This document shows, one piece after another, positions 28,059-36,566 of a DNA stretch of 64,000 bases. The notes below the pieces were generated by a model, which was given only the letters and a program-made list of their open reading frames with translations, was not told the origin of the DNA and made no database searches. Position numbers and translations under genes: made by a program. The first letter of the stretch is position 1, and the number at the start of each line of letters is the position of its first letter. The stretch spans positions 1,641,856-1,705,855 of the forward strand of contig OZ244991.1 of the NCBI GenBank assembly GCA_965223335.1, read 5' to 3'. This stretch comes from Thermodesulfobacteriota bacterium. GTDB taxonomy: Bacteria > Desulfobacterota_D > UBA1144 > Nemesobacterales > UBA2774.

Positions 28059-28751
28059 TTAATAGCCCTCAGTGGCTGATTTAATTATTTCGGTATTCGC
28101 ACTAAGTTCTTGAATGGTATCGGCTGCTTGCTCGTCAGGTTCTAGCTCTATTACATATAAACCACCCGCTTTCGGTCCATCCACAATTTTTCCCCTGATT
28201 TCCTCAAGCACCTCTCCTATAGCTTCTATGCTAGCGTCTTCTTGAAACACAACCAACAACTTTGGCCCGGCAGTTTGCACTAGCTCTGTATCTCCGCTTA
28301 AGACCTTGTAATCATTGGTCTCCTCGGGTGTGCCGAAGTAAAGTTTGCCTGCAAGCAGAGCGATCAACCCAAACTGCACAAGCAGTATGGCCATGGCCCC
28401 TGCGGGTATTGCGGTGGGTAATGATATAGCCGGCATCAAGTTTTTTATACTTGACCAAATGGTTTCGGTTTCTTCATCTCTGGCGTAGCTGACATCGGTG
28501 TCTGTTTCTTCGATCCTCTGCATAATGCTTTCTTCCATATTCTCGAACTCGGCAGATATCTCTTTATCCACAAGCTCATTGGTTTCCATAACTGCTTCCC
28601 TTATAACCTCGAGTCCTATGATCTCAGAGCTGCACTCTTCGCATTCGTGGATGTGCTCTGTAACAAGTGCTTTTTCTTCTGTGTCCAATGTACCGTTTAG
28701 GTACCATGGCAAAAGCAGGCTGATCTCTTCATGTGTAGTATTGTTGGTCAT
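28059..28751 (-). CDS. Anti-sigma factor, ZAS-type (zf-HC2, HxxxCxxC), single-pass membrane protein
   Basis: EHIHECEEC motif near the N-terminus, one TM helix (AGAMAILLVQFGLIALLAGKL) and a C-terminal extracytoplasmic domain. Its ATG overlaps the sigma-factor stop (ATGA). Confidence 0.7.
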   Translation of the reverse strand: MTNNTTHEEISLLLPWYLNGTLDTEEKALVTEHIHECEECSSEIIGLEVIREAVMETNELVDKEISAEFENMEESIMQRIEETDTDVSYARDEETETIWSSIKNLMPAISLPTAIPAGAMAILLVQFGLIALLAGKLYFGTPEETNDYKVLSGDTELVQTAGPKLLVVFQEDASIEAIGEVLEEIRGKIVDGPKAGGLYVIELEPDEQAADTIQELSANTEIIKSATEGY

Positions 28752-29338
28752 TGCAGTGTCTCCTCTGTGGTTATTCCCAATCCTGTAAGTTTTTCTTTCA
28801 ATTTTTCTTTTGCGTAATACATTCGGGTCTTCACAGTGTTTACAGGGCAGTCCATTATCTCGGCAATTTCAGGGTATGATAGCCCCTCATAGAATGTAAG
28901 CTCGAGTACCGTCCTGTGTTCGGGGGAAAGTTGTTCCAGAGCTATTTTCATGCGCTCTGCTCTATCTTTTTTCTCCACGATTTCCTCCACGTTATCTTCC
29001 GACGCAGGGATCCGTGAAAACTCCTCGGGGTCCATTGCAGTCGGCGATTTTTTTCTCAGTTCGTTCATTGTTTTGTTGTGTGCTATACCGAAAATCCATG
29101 TAAGCACCTTTGATTTCCCTTTAAAGTTTTTGGCACTGTTCCAGACCTCAAACATTACATCGTTTGTGATCTCTTCGGTCATTTTGTTGTCTTTTGTTGT
29201 CTTATAAACAAACGAAAAGACCTGCCGAACGTATTTTTGATAAAGGGTTTTAAACGCCTCTTTATTGCCGTTTGCGATTTCCTCTATCAGTTCCAAATCC
29301 GAAGGTTCCAAAACCCTCTCCATTATCTCTGGCCTCAC
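28748..29338 (-). CDS. ECF (group 4) sigma-70 family RNA polymerase sigma factor
   Basis: A 196-aa protein with sigma region 2 (FKTLYQKYVRQVFSFVYK..) and region 4 (LEQLSPEHRTVLELTFYEGLSYPEIAEIM). It is translationally coupled to the anti-sigma gene. Confidence 0.85.
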   Translation of the reverse strand: MRPEIMERVLEPSDLELIEEIANGNKEAFKTLYQKYVRQVFSFVYKTTKDNKMTEEITNDVMFEVWNSAKNFKGKSKVLTWIFGIAHNKTMNELRKKSPTAMDPEEFSRIPASEDNVEEIVEKKDRAERMKIALEQLSPEHRTVLELTFYEGLSYPEIAEIMDCPVNTVKTRMYYAKEKLKEKLTGLGITTEETLQ

Positions 29339-29359
29339 AAATGTATTTTCAAACTGTTA

Positions 29360-29385
29360 GTAACACCGAGTACACAGATGGTTCA
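29360..29385 (-). promoter_or_regulatory. Autoregulatory ECF-type promoter TTGAACC-N15-GTTACTAAC upstream of the ECF sigma gene
   Basis: Fifth copy of the motif, 21 nt upstream of the sigma ATG. An extra TTCGAAC half-site lies just upstream of the -35. Confidence 0.6.
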
Positions 29386-29500
29386 AACGCTTTGTTCGAA
29401 CAAAATTTATTAAACAATACTAAAATAAAAACAGTTGAATAACCAGTGGTATCAAGACACTTTGTAATAGGGTGGTTCCTGTGTATAATCCCTTGTTATC

Positions 29501-30793
29501 ATGCAAATAATTAAGCTCAGTAGAGCGGGTCTTGAAAAACAGCTCGGTAATCTGAGGAGTGGGGTGTCGGTATCCGACCCGGTTCTTGAGACCGCGACAC
29601 GCAAAATAGTCGATGGTGTAAGAAAATCGGGGGATAAAGCGCTATTTAGCTATACGAAAAAGTTCGATAGGTTTGCTGTCACCAAAAAGACTGTCCGGGT
29701 CTCTAAAAGAGAGATAGACAAGGCTTTAAACGATATACCGTCAAGACTCAGGTCCGATCTCAGGCTTGCTGCAAAGAGGATAAGGGTATTTCACAAAGAG
29801 AAACTGCCCAAGGCTAATCTTTTTAAAGATAATCTGGGCAACGAACTAGGTTGGCTCATCCGCCCCATTGAAAAAGTGGGGATATATGTGCCGGGGGGCA
29901 AGGCCGCATACCCCTCCACTGTGCTCATGACTGCTATTCCTGCAAAGGTAGCTGGGGTAAAGGAAATAGTTCTTGTAACACCATGTCCCAAAGGGGAAGT
30001 TAACCCAGCAGTGCTTGCCGCAGCCTCTATTGCAGGAGTGGACAGCATATATAAAGTAGGCGGCGCTCAGGCAGTAGCGGCACTCGCGTACGGTGCTGAG
30101 TCCGTGCCCAAGGTAGATAAGATAGTCGGACCGGGAAACATATATGTAGCAATTGCAAAAAAACTTGTGTTCGGCGAAGTCGATATAGATATGGTTGCGG
30201 GCCCGAGCGAGGTTTTGGTAGTAGCTGACGGCAGTGTGCCCCCAAGCTGGGTGGCTGCGGATCTGTTGGCACAGGCCGAGCATGACGAGATGGCAGTTCC
30301 CTCGCTGGTAACTACGTCCCAAAAATATGCAAAAGAGGTCAAAGCCCAGGTTATATCACAGCTGGAGCAACTTAGCCGCAATAAGATTGCGAGTGCATCG
30401 GTAAGGGATCATGGCAAGGCATTTGTGGTGGGGTCTATCGAGCTTGCATGCGAGGTGGCCAACTACATTGCCCCCGAGCACCTGGAGCTGTGTGTGAAGA
30501 ACCCAAAAACTATTTTAAAGAAAATAAAACATGCGGGTGCCATATTTCTGGGTTCTATGTCAACCGAGGCCTTTGGCGATTATATTGCCGGACCAAGCCA
30601 TGTGCTTCCTACTGGGGGCGCAGCGCGTTTTTCTTCTCCTCTAGGTGTGTATGATTTCCTGCGTATGCCAAGTGTGATATCTATTTCGCCTGCAGGTTTC
30701 AAGAGGCTAGGGAAATCCGTCATGAACCTTGCCTATAGTGAGGAACTCGAGGCCCATGCGCTTTCAGTGGGTGTTAGGCTAGAACAGAAATAG
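29501..30793 (+). CDS. hisD: Histidinol dehydrogenase
   Basis: Full-length HisD-like sequence of 430 aa with the conserved His/Glu/Asp zinc and NAD sites. Confidence 0.9.
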   Translation: MQIIKLSRAGLEKQLGNLRSGVSVSDPVLETATRKIVDGVRKSGDKALFSYTKKFDRFAVTKKTVRVSKREIDKALNDIPSRLRSDLRLAAKRIRVFHKEKLPKANLFKDNLGNELGWLIRPIEKVGIYVPGGKAAYPSTVLMTAIPAKVAGVKEIVLVTPCPKGEVNPAVLAAASIAGVDSIYKVGGAQAVAALAYGAESVPKVDKIVGPGNIYVAIAKKLVFGEVDIDMVAGPSEVLVVADGSVPPSWVAADLLAQAEHDEMAVPSLVTTSQKYAKEVKAQVISQLEQLSRNKIASASVRDHGKAFVVGSIELACEVANYIAPEHLELCVKNPKTILKKIKHAGAIFLGSMSTEAFGDYIAGPSHVLPTGGAARFSSPLGVYDFLRMPSVISISPAGFKRLGKSVMNLAYSEELEAHALSVGVRLEQK

Positions 30794-30805
30794 CGAGCCG
30801 GACTG

Positions 30806-31912
30806 ATGAACGCATCCAAGCCAGAAAACAATCGAAATACCGAATCACTAGAGACTCTGCTGGATAGGGTAAAAAAAGAGGTGCGCGAGCTAAGTGCTTA
30901 CAATGTACCCCACATCGACTGCAGTGTTAAGCTCGACGGGAACGAGAGCCCCTATGGGATGCCCAAAGAGATTGTTGAGAAAGTGGATGCTCTGCTCTCT
31001 CAAATAGAAATAAACAGGTATCCCGATGCTAACTGCACTCAGTTAAAAGAAAAATTATCTAGACTCGTAAACTTTCCTACTGATGGAATCATCTTTGGGA
31101 ATGGGTCCGATGAGCTGATAGGGATGTTAATTACAACGTTCTGCGGCAGATCCGGGATTGTGACTATCCCCACACCGACTTTCTCAATGTATAGCCTTAC
31201 CTCAAAAGCGCTCGGAATGAAAACCTCGGAGATCCCTCTTGATGACAAGTTTGATCTCGATCTTGCTGCGATGCTCGAAGATATTCAAACAAACGACCCG
31301 GATTTAATATTCCTAGCAAGCCCCAATAACCCAAGCGGCAACATTTTTTCGGCGGAAAAGATTCTAGAAATCATAAAGGCTTCGGGGGGGATAGTGGTTG
31401 TAGACGAGGCTTATGCAGAGTTTGCAGGGCAAGACTTTTTATCCAGAGTCCGGGAGCATGATAACCTCATTGTGCTAAGGACGTTCTCAAAAGTAGGTTA
31501 TGCTGGGATTCGTCTCGGGATGCTCTTTGCCAATGAAATCCTAGTCCATGAGATTAACAAAGTGCGCTACCCCTACAACATCAATTCGCTCAGCCAAGCC
31601 GTGGGTGCTGCAGTATTCGAGAACTACAGCTATTTGTCTGATGTAATTGAATGCATAGTAGAGGAGAAGCAACGGGTTTTTGAATCGCTCAGAGCCATGG
31701 ATGGTATAACAGCTTATAGGAGCGACGCCAACTTTATTATGTTTAAGGTAGGTGATGCCGATAAGCTCTGGTCCGACCTTGTAGAGAGCGATGTATTGAT
31801 ACGAAATTTCAATAAGCCCGGGCGGTTAAGTAACTGTATGCGGGTTACTATCGGGACGAAAGAGGAAAACGATAAGTTTTTAGAAGCCATAGGGAGATCT
31901 CTTCCTTCGTAA
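30806..31912 (+). CDS. hisC: Histidinol-phosphate aminotransferase (class II PLP enzyme)
   Basis: PLP-dependent aminotransferase fold with the KVGYAG lysine region. It is adjacent to hisD. Confidence 0.85.
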   Translation: MNASKPENNRNTESLETLLDRVKKEVRELSAYNVPHIDCSVKLDGNESPYGMPKEIVEKVDALLSQIEINRYPDANCTQLKEKLSRLVNFPTDGIIFGNGSDELIGMLITTFCGRSGIVTIPTPTFSMYSLTSKALGMKTSEIPLDDKFDLDLAAMLEDIQTNDPDLIFLASPNNPSGNIFSAEKILEIIKASGGIVVVDEAYAEFAGQDFLSRVREHDNLIVLRTFSKVGYAGIRLGMLFANEILVHEINKVRYPYNINSLSQAVGAAVFENYSYLSDVIECIVEEKQRVFESLRAMDGITAYRSDANFIMFKVGDADKLWSDLVESDVLIRNFNKPGRLSNCMRVTIGTKEENDKFLEAIGRSLPS

Positions 31913-33451
31913 TAAACGTAGAGCTACATATCCCACCCAAATCAATAGACAGAGCATCGGGAATAGATACCCTATTCGAGTATAAAGGGTCTTGTTGCCA
32001 TTCATTAGAGCTACTTCACCCACAAGATTGGTCCGAGTGAATATATCCGTTTTTTCGACTACCCGACCCAATGGGTCAATTATGGCGCTAATGCCTGTAT
32101 TAGTGGAGCGTATAAGGTAGCGTCTGTTCTCTATCGCACGCGGTATCGAGATCAATAGATGCTGGTAAGGGGCTATAGTTTTTCCGAACCAGGCATCGTT
32201 TGTAATGTTTACAATTAAATTAGCATCTTGATCCACAAACATTCTGCTATACGACGGTATTATATCCTCGTAGCATATGATGGGTGCTATCCTGAGGCCC
32301 AGTTCCTCTATCACAAACTGATTTAGCTCGCTGCCGGGTGTAAAATCCCCCGATGCGGGGCTTATCTTCTTTAATGATGGGACATATTTGGTGAAGGGCA
32401 GATATTCACCGAACAGTAGGAGCTCTATTTTATGGTACCGTCCCATTATCTCGCCGTATGAATCGGTTAAAAAGGCTGTGTTATATTTTGTCAGGTTCTC
32501 GTCAATGTATTCCGAAGTGTTGTCCTCGGGGGGCGTGTACGACATCCCTCCCACGATGAAATACTTCCCCTCTATGTCGGGTACGGCAATCTCTTCCCTT
32601 ATGCTCAGGTAGTTGGCATAAGTCGGGAACCAGGCTTGAAGAGCCGTCTCGGGCCAGATTATAAGTTCCACATCCTCCATCTCCCGAGACATCTGTTTGT
32701 GTCTTGCGGTGACTATGCTTTCATCGCTCTCGGTCTTCTCAAGGAAATCAAAGTTAGCCTGCACCAAACCCACTTTAACTTTATCGGCTTGTGCAATCTG
32801 TGCCGAGACCTGTCCGATCCTTATGTAACCGTATGCAAGAACAGAAATTATTAAAACGATACAGGTGGCGATCTCGTACACAGGCATATGCGTTCGATCT
32901 CTAAAGGCCAAAAACATCCTTAAAACCGCCACGTTTACTAACACAATAACAAATGTGAGTCCATATACTCCCAGTAGGTCAAAAACCTGTACCAACTGCA
33001 GGTAAACGGCCTGGGAATTTGCGAGAGTGTAGGGGAAGAGAAAGGGGAAAAGATACTCGATTGATGTCCAAATCGCGGCGATCAAAATTGCAGTTAATAG
33101 TCCCAATCGGTTGTGGAGGTGTAATCTGGCACTGGCCAGTGAAAAAAGTGCCACTGCTAACCCGCCGTAGATACTCAAAAACACAATGAATATAAAGCTC
33201 ACCACCAACGGGAACCCGCCGAATCTGGTTAATGTGCCGATCAGCCAATATGTCCCTATCATGTTGGATACTGCACCTGCTATAAGGCCCAGTTTGAACG
33301 CGTCCCTCCCCGATTTATTGATGAGCGCATATAAAAGGGGAACGAGCAGTACCCAGGCCAATATGCTCATGTACGGGATCATAAAAGTGACCGGATATAA
33401 CACACCCGTGATTATAGAGAGGATAATGTCTGTTCGAGTGATCCTATTCAT
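31880..33451 (-). CDS. lnt: Apolipoprotein N-acyltransferase
   Basis: N-terminal polytopic membrane domain plus a C-terminal nitrilase/CN-hydrolase domain (E..K..C triad region), 523 aa. The 3' ends of lnt and hisC overlap by 33 nt. Confidence 0.85.
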   Translation of the reverse strand: MNRITRTDIILSIITGVLYPVTFMIPYMSILAWVLLVPLLYALINKSGRDAFKLGLIAGAVSNMIGTYWLIGTLTRFGGFPLVVSFIFIVFLSIYGGLAVALFSLASARLHLHNRLGLLTAILIAAIWTSIEYLFPFLFPYTLANSQAVYLQLVQVFDLLGVYGLTFVIVLVNVAVLRMFLAFRDRTHMPVYEIATCIVLIISVLAYGYIRIGQVSAQIAQADKVKVGLVQANFDFLEKTESDESIVTARHKQMSREMEDVELIIWPETALQAWFPTYANYLSIREEIAVPDIEGKYFIVGGMSYTPPEDNTSEYIDENLTKYNTAFLTDSYGEIMGRYHKIELLLFGEYLPFTKYVPSLKKISPASGDFTPGSELNQFVIEELGLRIAPIICYEDIIPSYSRMFVDQDANLIVNITNDAWFGKTIAPYQHLLISIPRAIENRRYLIRSTNTGISAIIDPLGRVVEKTDIFTRTNLVGEVALMNGNKTLYTRIGYLFPMLCLLIWVGYVALRLLRRKRSPYGF

Positions 33452-33562
33452 TGGAGACTAAATGTACCTCTGCCTAACTGCGATTAAAAGGTTAGGATTT
33501 GAAGTATAGTTAGTAAGAATTGATATTGATCTGGAGTAATTATTCTAGATACCGCTATTTAT

Positions 33563-34339
33563 TTAAGCTTTTTTGACCTCGGAAGAGGGCTTTGCTTCGG
33601 GGCGTAATGTGTAGAGTTTTATTACCCCGACTGCGATAATGGTGATTGCCATCAGCTGTGCAATAGAGAGGTTTGGTATGGGGCTTGGTGTAGTGTTTCT
33701 GACAAATTCGATTACAAAACGCTCTAACCCTGCCAGAACTAGATACAGTGAGAAAAGCCATCCGGTCGGTTTATCCATTTTGCGCAGTTTCCATATAAGT
33801 ACGAATACTGCAAACATAATTAAAATTTCATAAATTTGAGTTGGGTGTACTGTGTCGGTGGTGGGGGGAAGTCCCCTAGGGAAGGCCACAGCCCAAGGTA
33901 GGTCCGACGGTATACCGTAGTCATCGCCCACCAGAAAACAGCCCATCCGCCCTATCACATAACCCATGGCCAATGACGGTGTAGCGGTGTCGCCTATCTT
34001 CCAGAAATTGAGTTTATACCGCCGTCCCAGCAACCACACCAAGAGTATCGCACCTATGAAACCTCCGTAAAACGTGAGCCCGCCACGAGATAACAGGTGT
34101 GTTGCAGGGTGTCTTAGTATTTCTCCGATCGGCACGTTCTCAAAAAGGTAGAGCAGCTTGGCCCCTACGATCCCACCCACCATGGCCGCCAAAAATAGGT
34201 TGCCTATCTGTGTCTCGTCGATCCCTTTGCGCTTTGCTTCCTTTGTGATAAGCCAGTAACCGACCACAAAGCTCAGCGCCACCATCACACCAAACGATGA
34301 TATGCTGAAGTTGCCTAATTTGATGAGTTCCGGATACAT
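33563..34339 (-). CDS. lgt: Prolipoprotein diacylglyceryl transferase
   Basis: Lgt signature (GRMGCFLVGDDYG) and a 7-TM topology. Confidence 0.9.
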   Translation of the reverse strand: MYPELIKLGNFSISSFGVMVALSFVVGYWLITKEAKRKGIDETQIGNLFLAAMVGGIVGAKLLYLFENVPIGEILRHPATHLLSRGGLTFYGGFIGAILLVWLLGRRYKLNFWKIGDTATPSLAMGYVIGRMGCFLVGDDYGIPSDLPWAVAFPRGLPPTTDTVHPTQIYEILIMFAVFVLIWKLRKMDKPTGWLFSLYLVLAGLERFVIEFVRNTTPSPIPNLSIAQLMAITIIAVGVIKLYTLRPEAKPSSEVKKA

Positions 34340-34483
34340 CTAGATGTCCTTCGATCCGCTCGATTCTATGTTTTCGAGCTCCGACTTAGCTGATTCGCCA
34401 GAGGCAATTATAAAATATAGAAGGGTAAATACCACAGCCAAACACACTATCTGTATGATAAACATTACCGTGTAGTCGTCCAT
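34340..34483 (-). CDS. Putative 47-aa single-TM membrane peptide directly abutting lgt
   Basis: ORF MDDYTVMFIIQIVCLAVVFTLLYFIIASGESAKSELENIESSGSKDI. Its TAG stop is immediately followed by the lgt ATG (TAGATG). It is below the track's 60-aa cut-off and I translated it by hand. Confidence 0.3.
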   Translation of the reverse strand: MDDYTVMFIIQIVCLAVVFTLLYFIIASGESAKSELENIESSGSKDI

Positions 34484-34578
34484 TTAACTCTCGTCCGTAA
34501 ATTGCAGGTAAATTATCACGGCTACCCGCATTCAAGCAAATAGCCGTGAGTTTGATATTAAGTTTGTCTATTTAACAG

Positions 34579-35673
34579 TTATGACCCATCCGCAGCGCTT
34601 AGCTTGTTATCTATAGCAGCTTTCAGTTTAGCAACGTCTGCACCCGGGACCATCAAGCCATTAACGATGAATGTAGGTGTTGAGCGTACACCCACTGTCT
34701 GGGCTTCCTGCATCTCTTTGTCTACCCTTGCAGCTACCTCTTCCGATTCCAGACAGGTGTTGAATGCCTGCTCGTCAAGCCCAAGGTCTTTGGCAAATGC
34801 CTTAAACTGCTCAGTAGCCGTTTCTTCTTTAATCGTGCCCTGGTTCTCGAACACTACGTCGTGGAACGCCCAGAATTGGTCGTTGCCCTGTTGATAGGCG
34901 CATAGTGATGCAATTGAAGCTCCCTTTGCCCATTTGTGTATAGTCAATGGCAATTGTTTGAACACTACCTTCACCTTGCCGTCATACTCTTTTAGGATCT
35001 CGGGCAGGATCTCTTTTCCCTTCTTGCAGAATGGGCACTGGAAATCGGAATATTCCACTATGGTTACCACTGCGTCGTCTGCACCTTTAACCGGGATATC
35101 CTCTAGCGAGATCTTTTCCATTACCTCTTTGTGTGGGTCAATGGTGGTGTCTATTACCTGGCCACCAGGGATGATATGTTTCCCATCGGCGCTCACAATC
35201 ACAGGAAAGGTTTGGCTCATGTAGTTTAGCGTGCCCTGCTTGAGCCCACTTACCTCTGCGTCCTCGAGATCACTCAATTTCGAGACTTTACCAAATATGA
35301 CATATTTGCCGTCGTCGCTTACTAGTAGTGGAACCAGTGACGGGCCCCTTTGAGTGTTTACGGTCAAATTTACTGATTTAAAACCCTGGATCGGGCTAGC
35401 ATAGTAGCCGTCGGCTGTTATGTTGGTGTCGGGTGGCATGTTGGCCCCGAACTGTTTTTTAATAAAACCGATTAAGTTGGTTTCCTCTTCTTTGGAAATA
35501 TCGCCGGTTTTTTCCTGTGCTTGTTCACCCGCAGATGTATCGGTGTTCTTTGCACTCTGCTCCGCAGTGTCACCCTTCGCTGTGTTTTCTGTGCCCGAGT
35601 TGTCCTCTGCGGACTTACACGCAAATGAAACACAGGTAAGCACAATCAAAACACCTGTTAAAATCTTCTTCAT
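34579..35673 (-). CDS. DsbA-family thiol:disulfide oxidoreductase lipoprotein with a long N-terminal extension
   Basis: Lipoprotein signal (LTCVSFAC), a disordered acidic linker, then a thioredoxin/DsbA domain with a CPFC active site. Confidence 0.75.
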   Translation of the reverse strand: MKKILTGVLIVLTCVSFACKSAEDNSGTENTAKGDTAEQSAKNTDTSAGEQAQEKTGDISKEEETNLIGFIKKQFGANMPPDTNITADGYYASPIQGFKSVNLTVNTQRGPSLVPLLVSDDGKYVIFGKVSKLSDLEDAEVSGLKQGTLNYMSQTFPVIVSADGKHIIPGGQVIDTTIDPHKEVMEKISLEDIPVKGADDAVVTIVEYSDFQCPFCKKGKEILPEILKEYDGKVKVVFKQLPLTIHKWAKGASIASLCAYQQGNDQFWAFHDVVFENQGTIKEETATEQFKAFAKDLGLDEQAFNTCLESEEVAARVDKEMQEAQTVGVRSTPTFIVNGLMVPGADVAKLKAAIDNKLSAADGS

Positions 35674-35855
35674 AGCAACTCCTCCTCAAATTAATTAAGT
35701 TTATTGTTATATTTATTTTCTATAGGGAATATTGGGAGCTTCTCAAGTTTTTGGGCAAGACCGTTTTGGCTTCTCTCTATTGATTTATAAAACTATACCT
35801 GACAACTGATAGAACTTGCAGTGTTCTTTAAAAATAGGTAAATTCATAGTCCTAA

Positions 35856-36458
35856 ATGTTAACCACTCCTGTGTTGGTTCTCAACCGTTATTTCGTTCCT
35901 ATCACAATTACTAGTGTTAAAAGGGCTTTTGTAATGCTTTACTGCGGTGTTGCAAAGGCTGTGGGTGACGATTACGAGACATTCGATTTCGAATCCTGGT
36001 CCGAGATCTCAACCTTGCTCGACCAAGAGCACGACGTCATAAAAACGGTTAGCACGATCATTAAAACCCCCCGGGTCATTATGTTGGTCAGGTACGAAGG
36101 GTTTATCAGGAAAGAGGCTAAATTTAATCGGATCAATATTTTTAGAAGGGATGGGGGGGCGTGTCAGTACTGCCACAAGAAGTACTCGAGGGCAGAGCTC
36201 ACGATCGATCATGTTGTGCCCAGGTCACAGGGTGGCAAGAGTGTGTGGGATAATGTTGTGTGCTGCTGTGTGAAATGTAACAGGAAAAAGGGCGGGCGTA
36301 CCCCCGTGCAGGCGGGGATGGCGCTTAAAACCAAGCCCAAAAAACCGCTTTGGGATCCATTCTCAAATATCTACATCAAGGCTGTTAGGTATAAAGAATG
36401 GGAACCGTTTTTAAGTTTTGTCGATATCTCTTACTGGAACGTCGAGCTCGAGCAATAG
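35856..36458 (+). CDS. HNH endonuclease domain protein
   Basis: C-terminal HNH motif with paired Cys (CQYCHKK...DHVVPRSQGG...CVKCNRKKG). 200 aa. Confidence 0.75.
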   Translation: MLTTPVLVLNRYFVPITITSVKRAFVMLYCGVAKAVGDDYETFDFESWSEISTLLDQEHDVIKTVSTIIKTPRVIMLVRYEGFIRKEAKFNRINIFRRDGGACQYCHKKYSRAELTIDHVVPRSQGGKSVWDNVVCCCVKCNRKKGGRTPVQAGMALKTKPKKPLWDPFSNIYIKAVRYKEWEPFLSFVDISYWNVELEQ

Positions 36459-36566
36459 CTCGCGAGGTGTTTTATAAATTTATCTGTTGGATTTAAGAGA
36501 CTCATTCGATAGATTAATATATTATCCGTTTTCATCCTAACTAAGTTGAGTATCTGGAGGACATAA

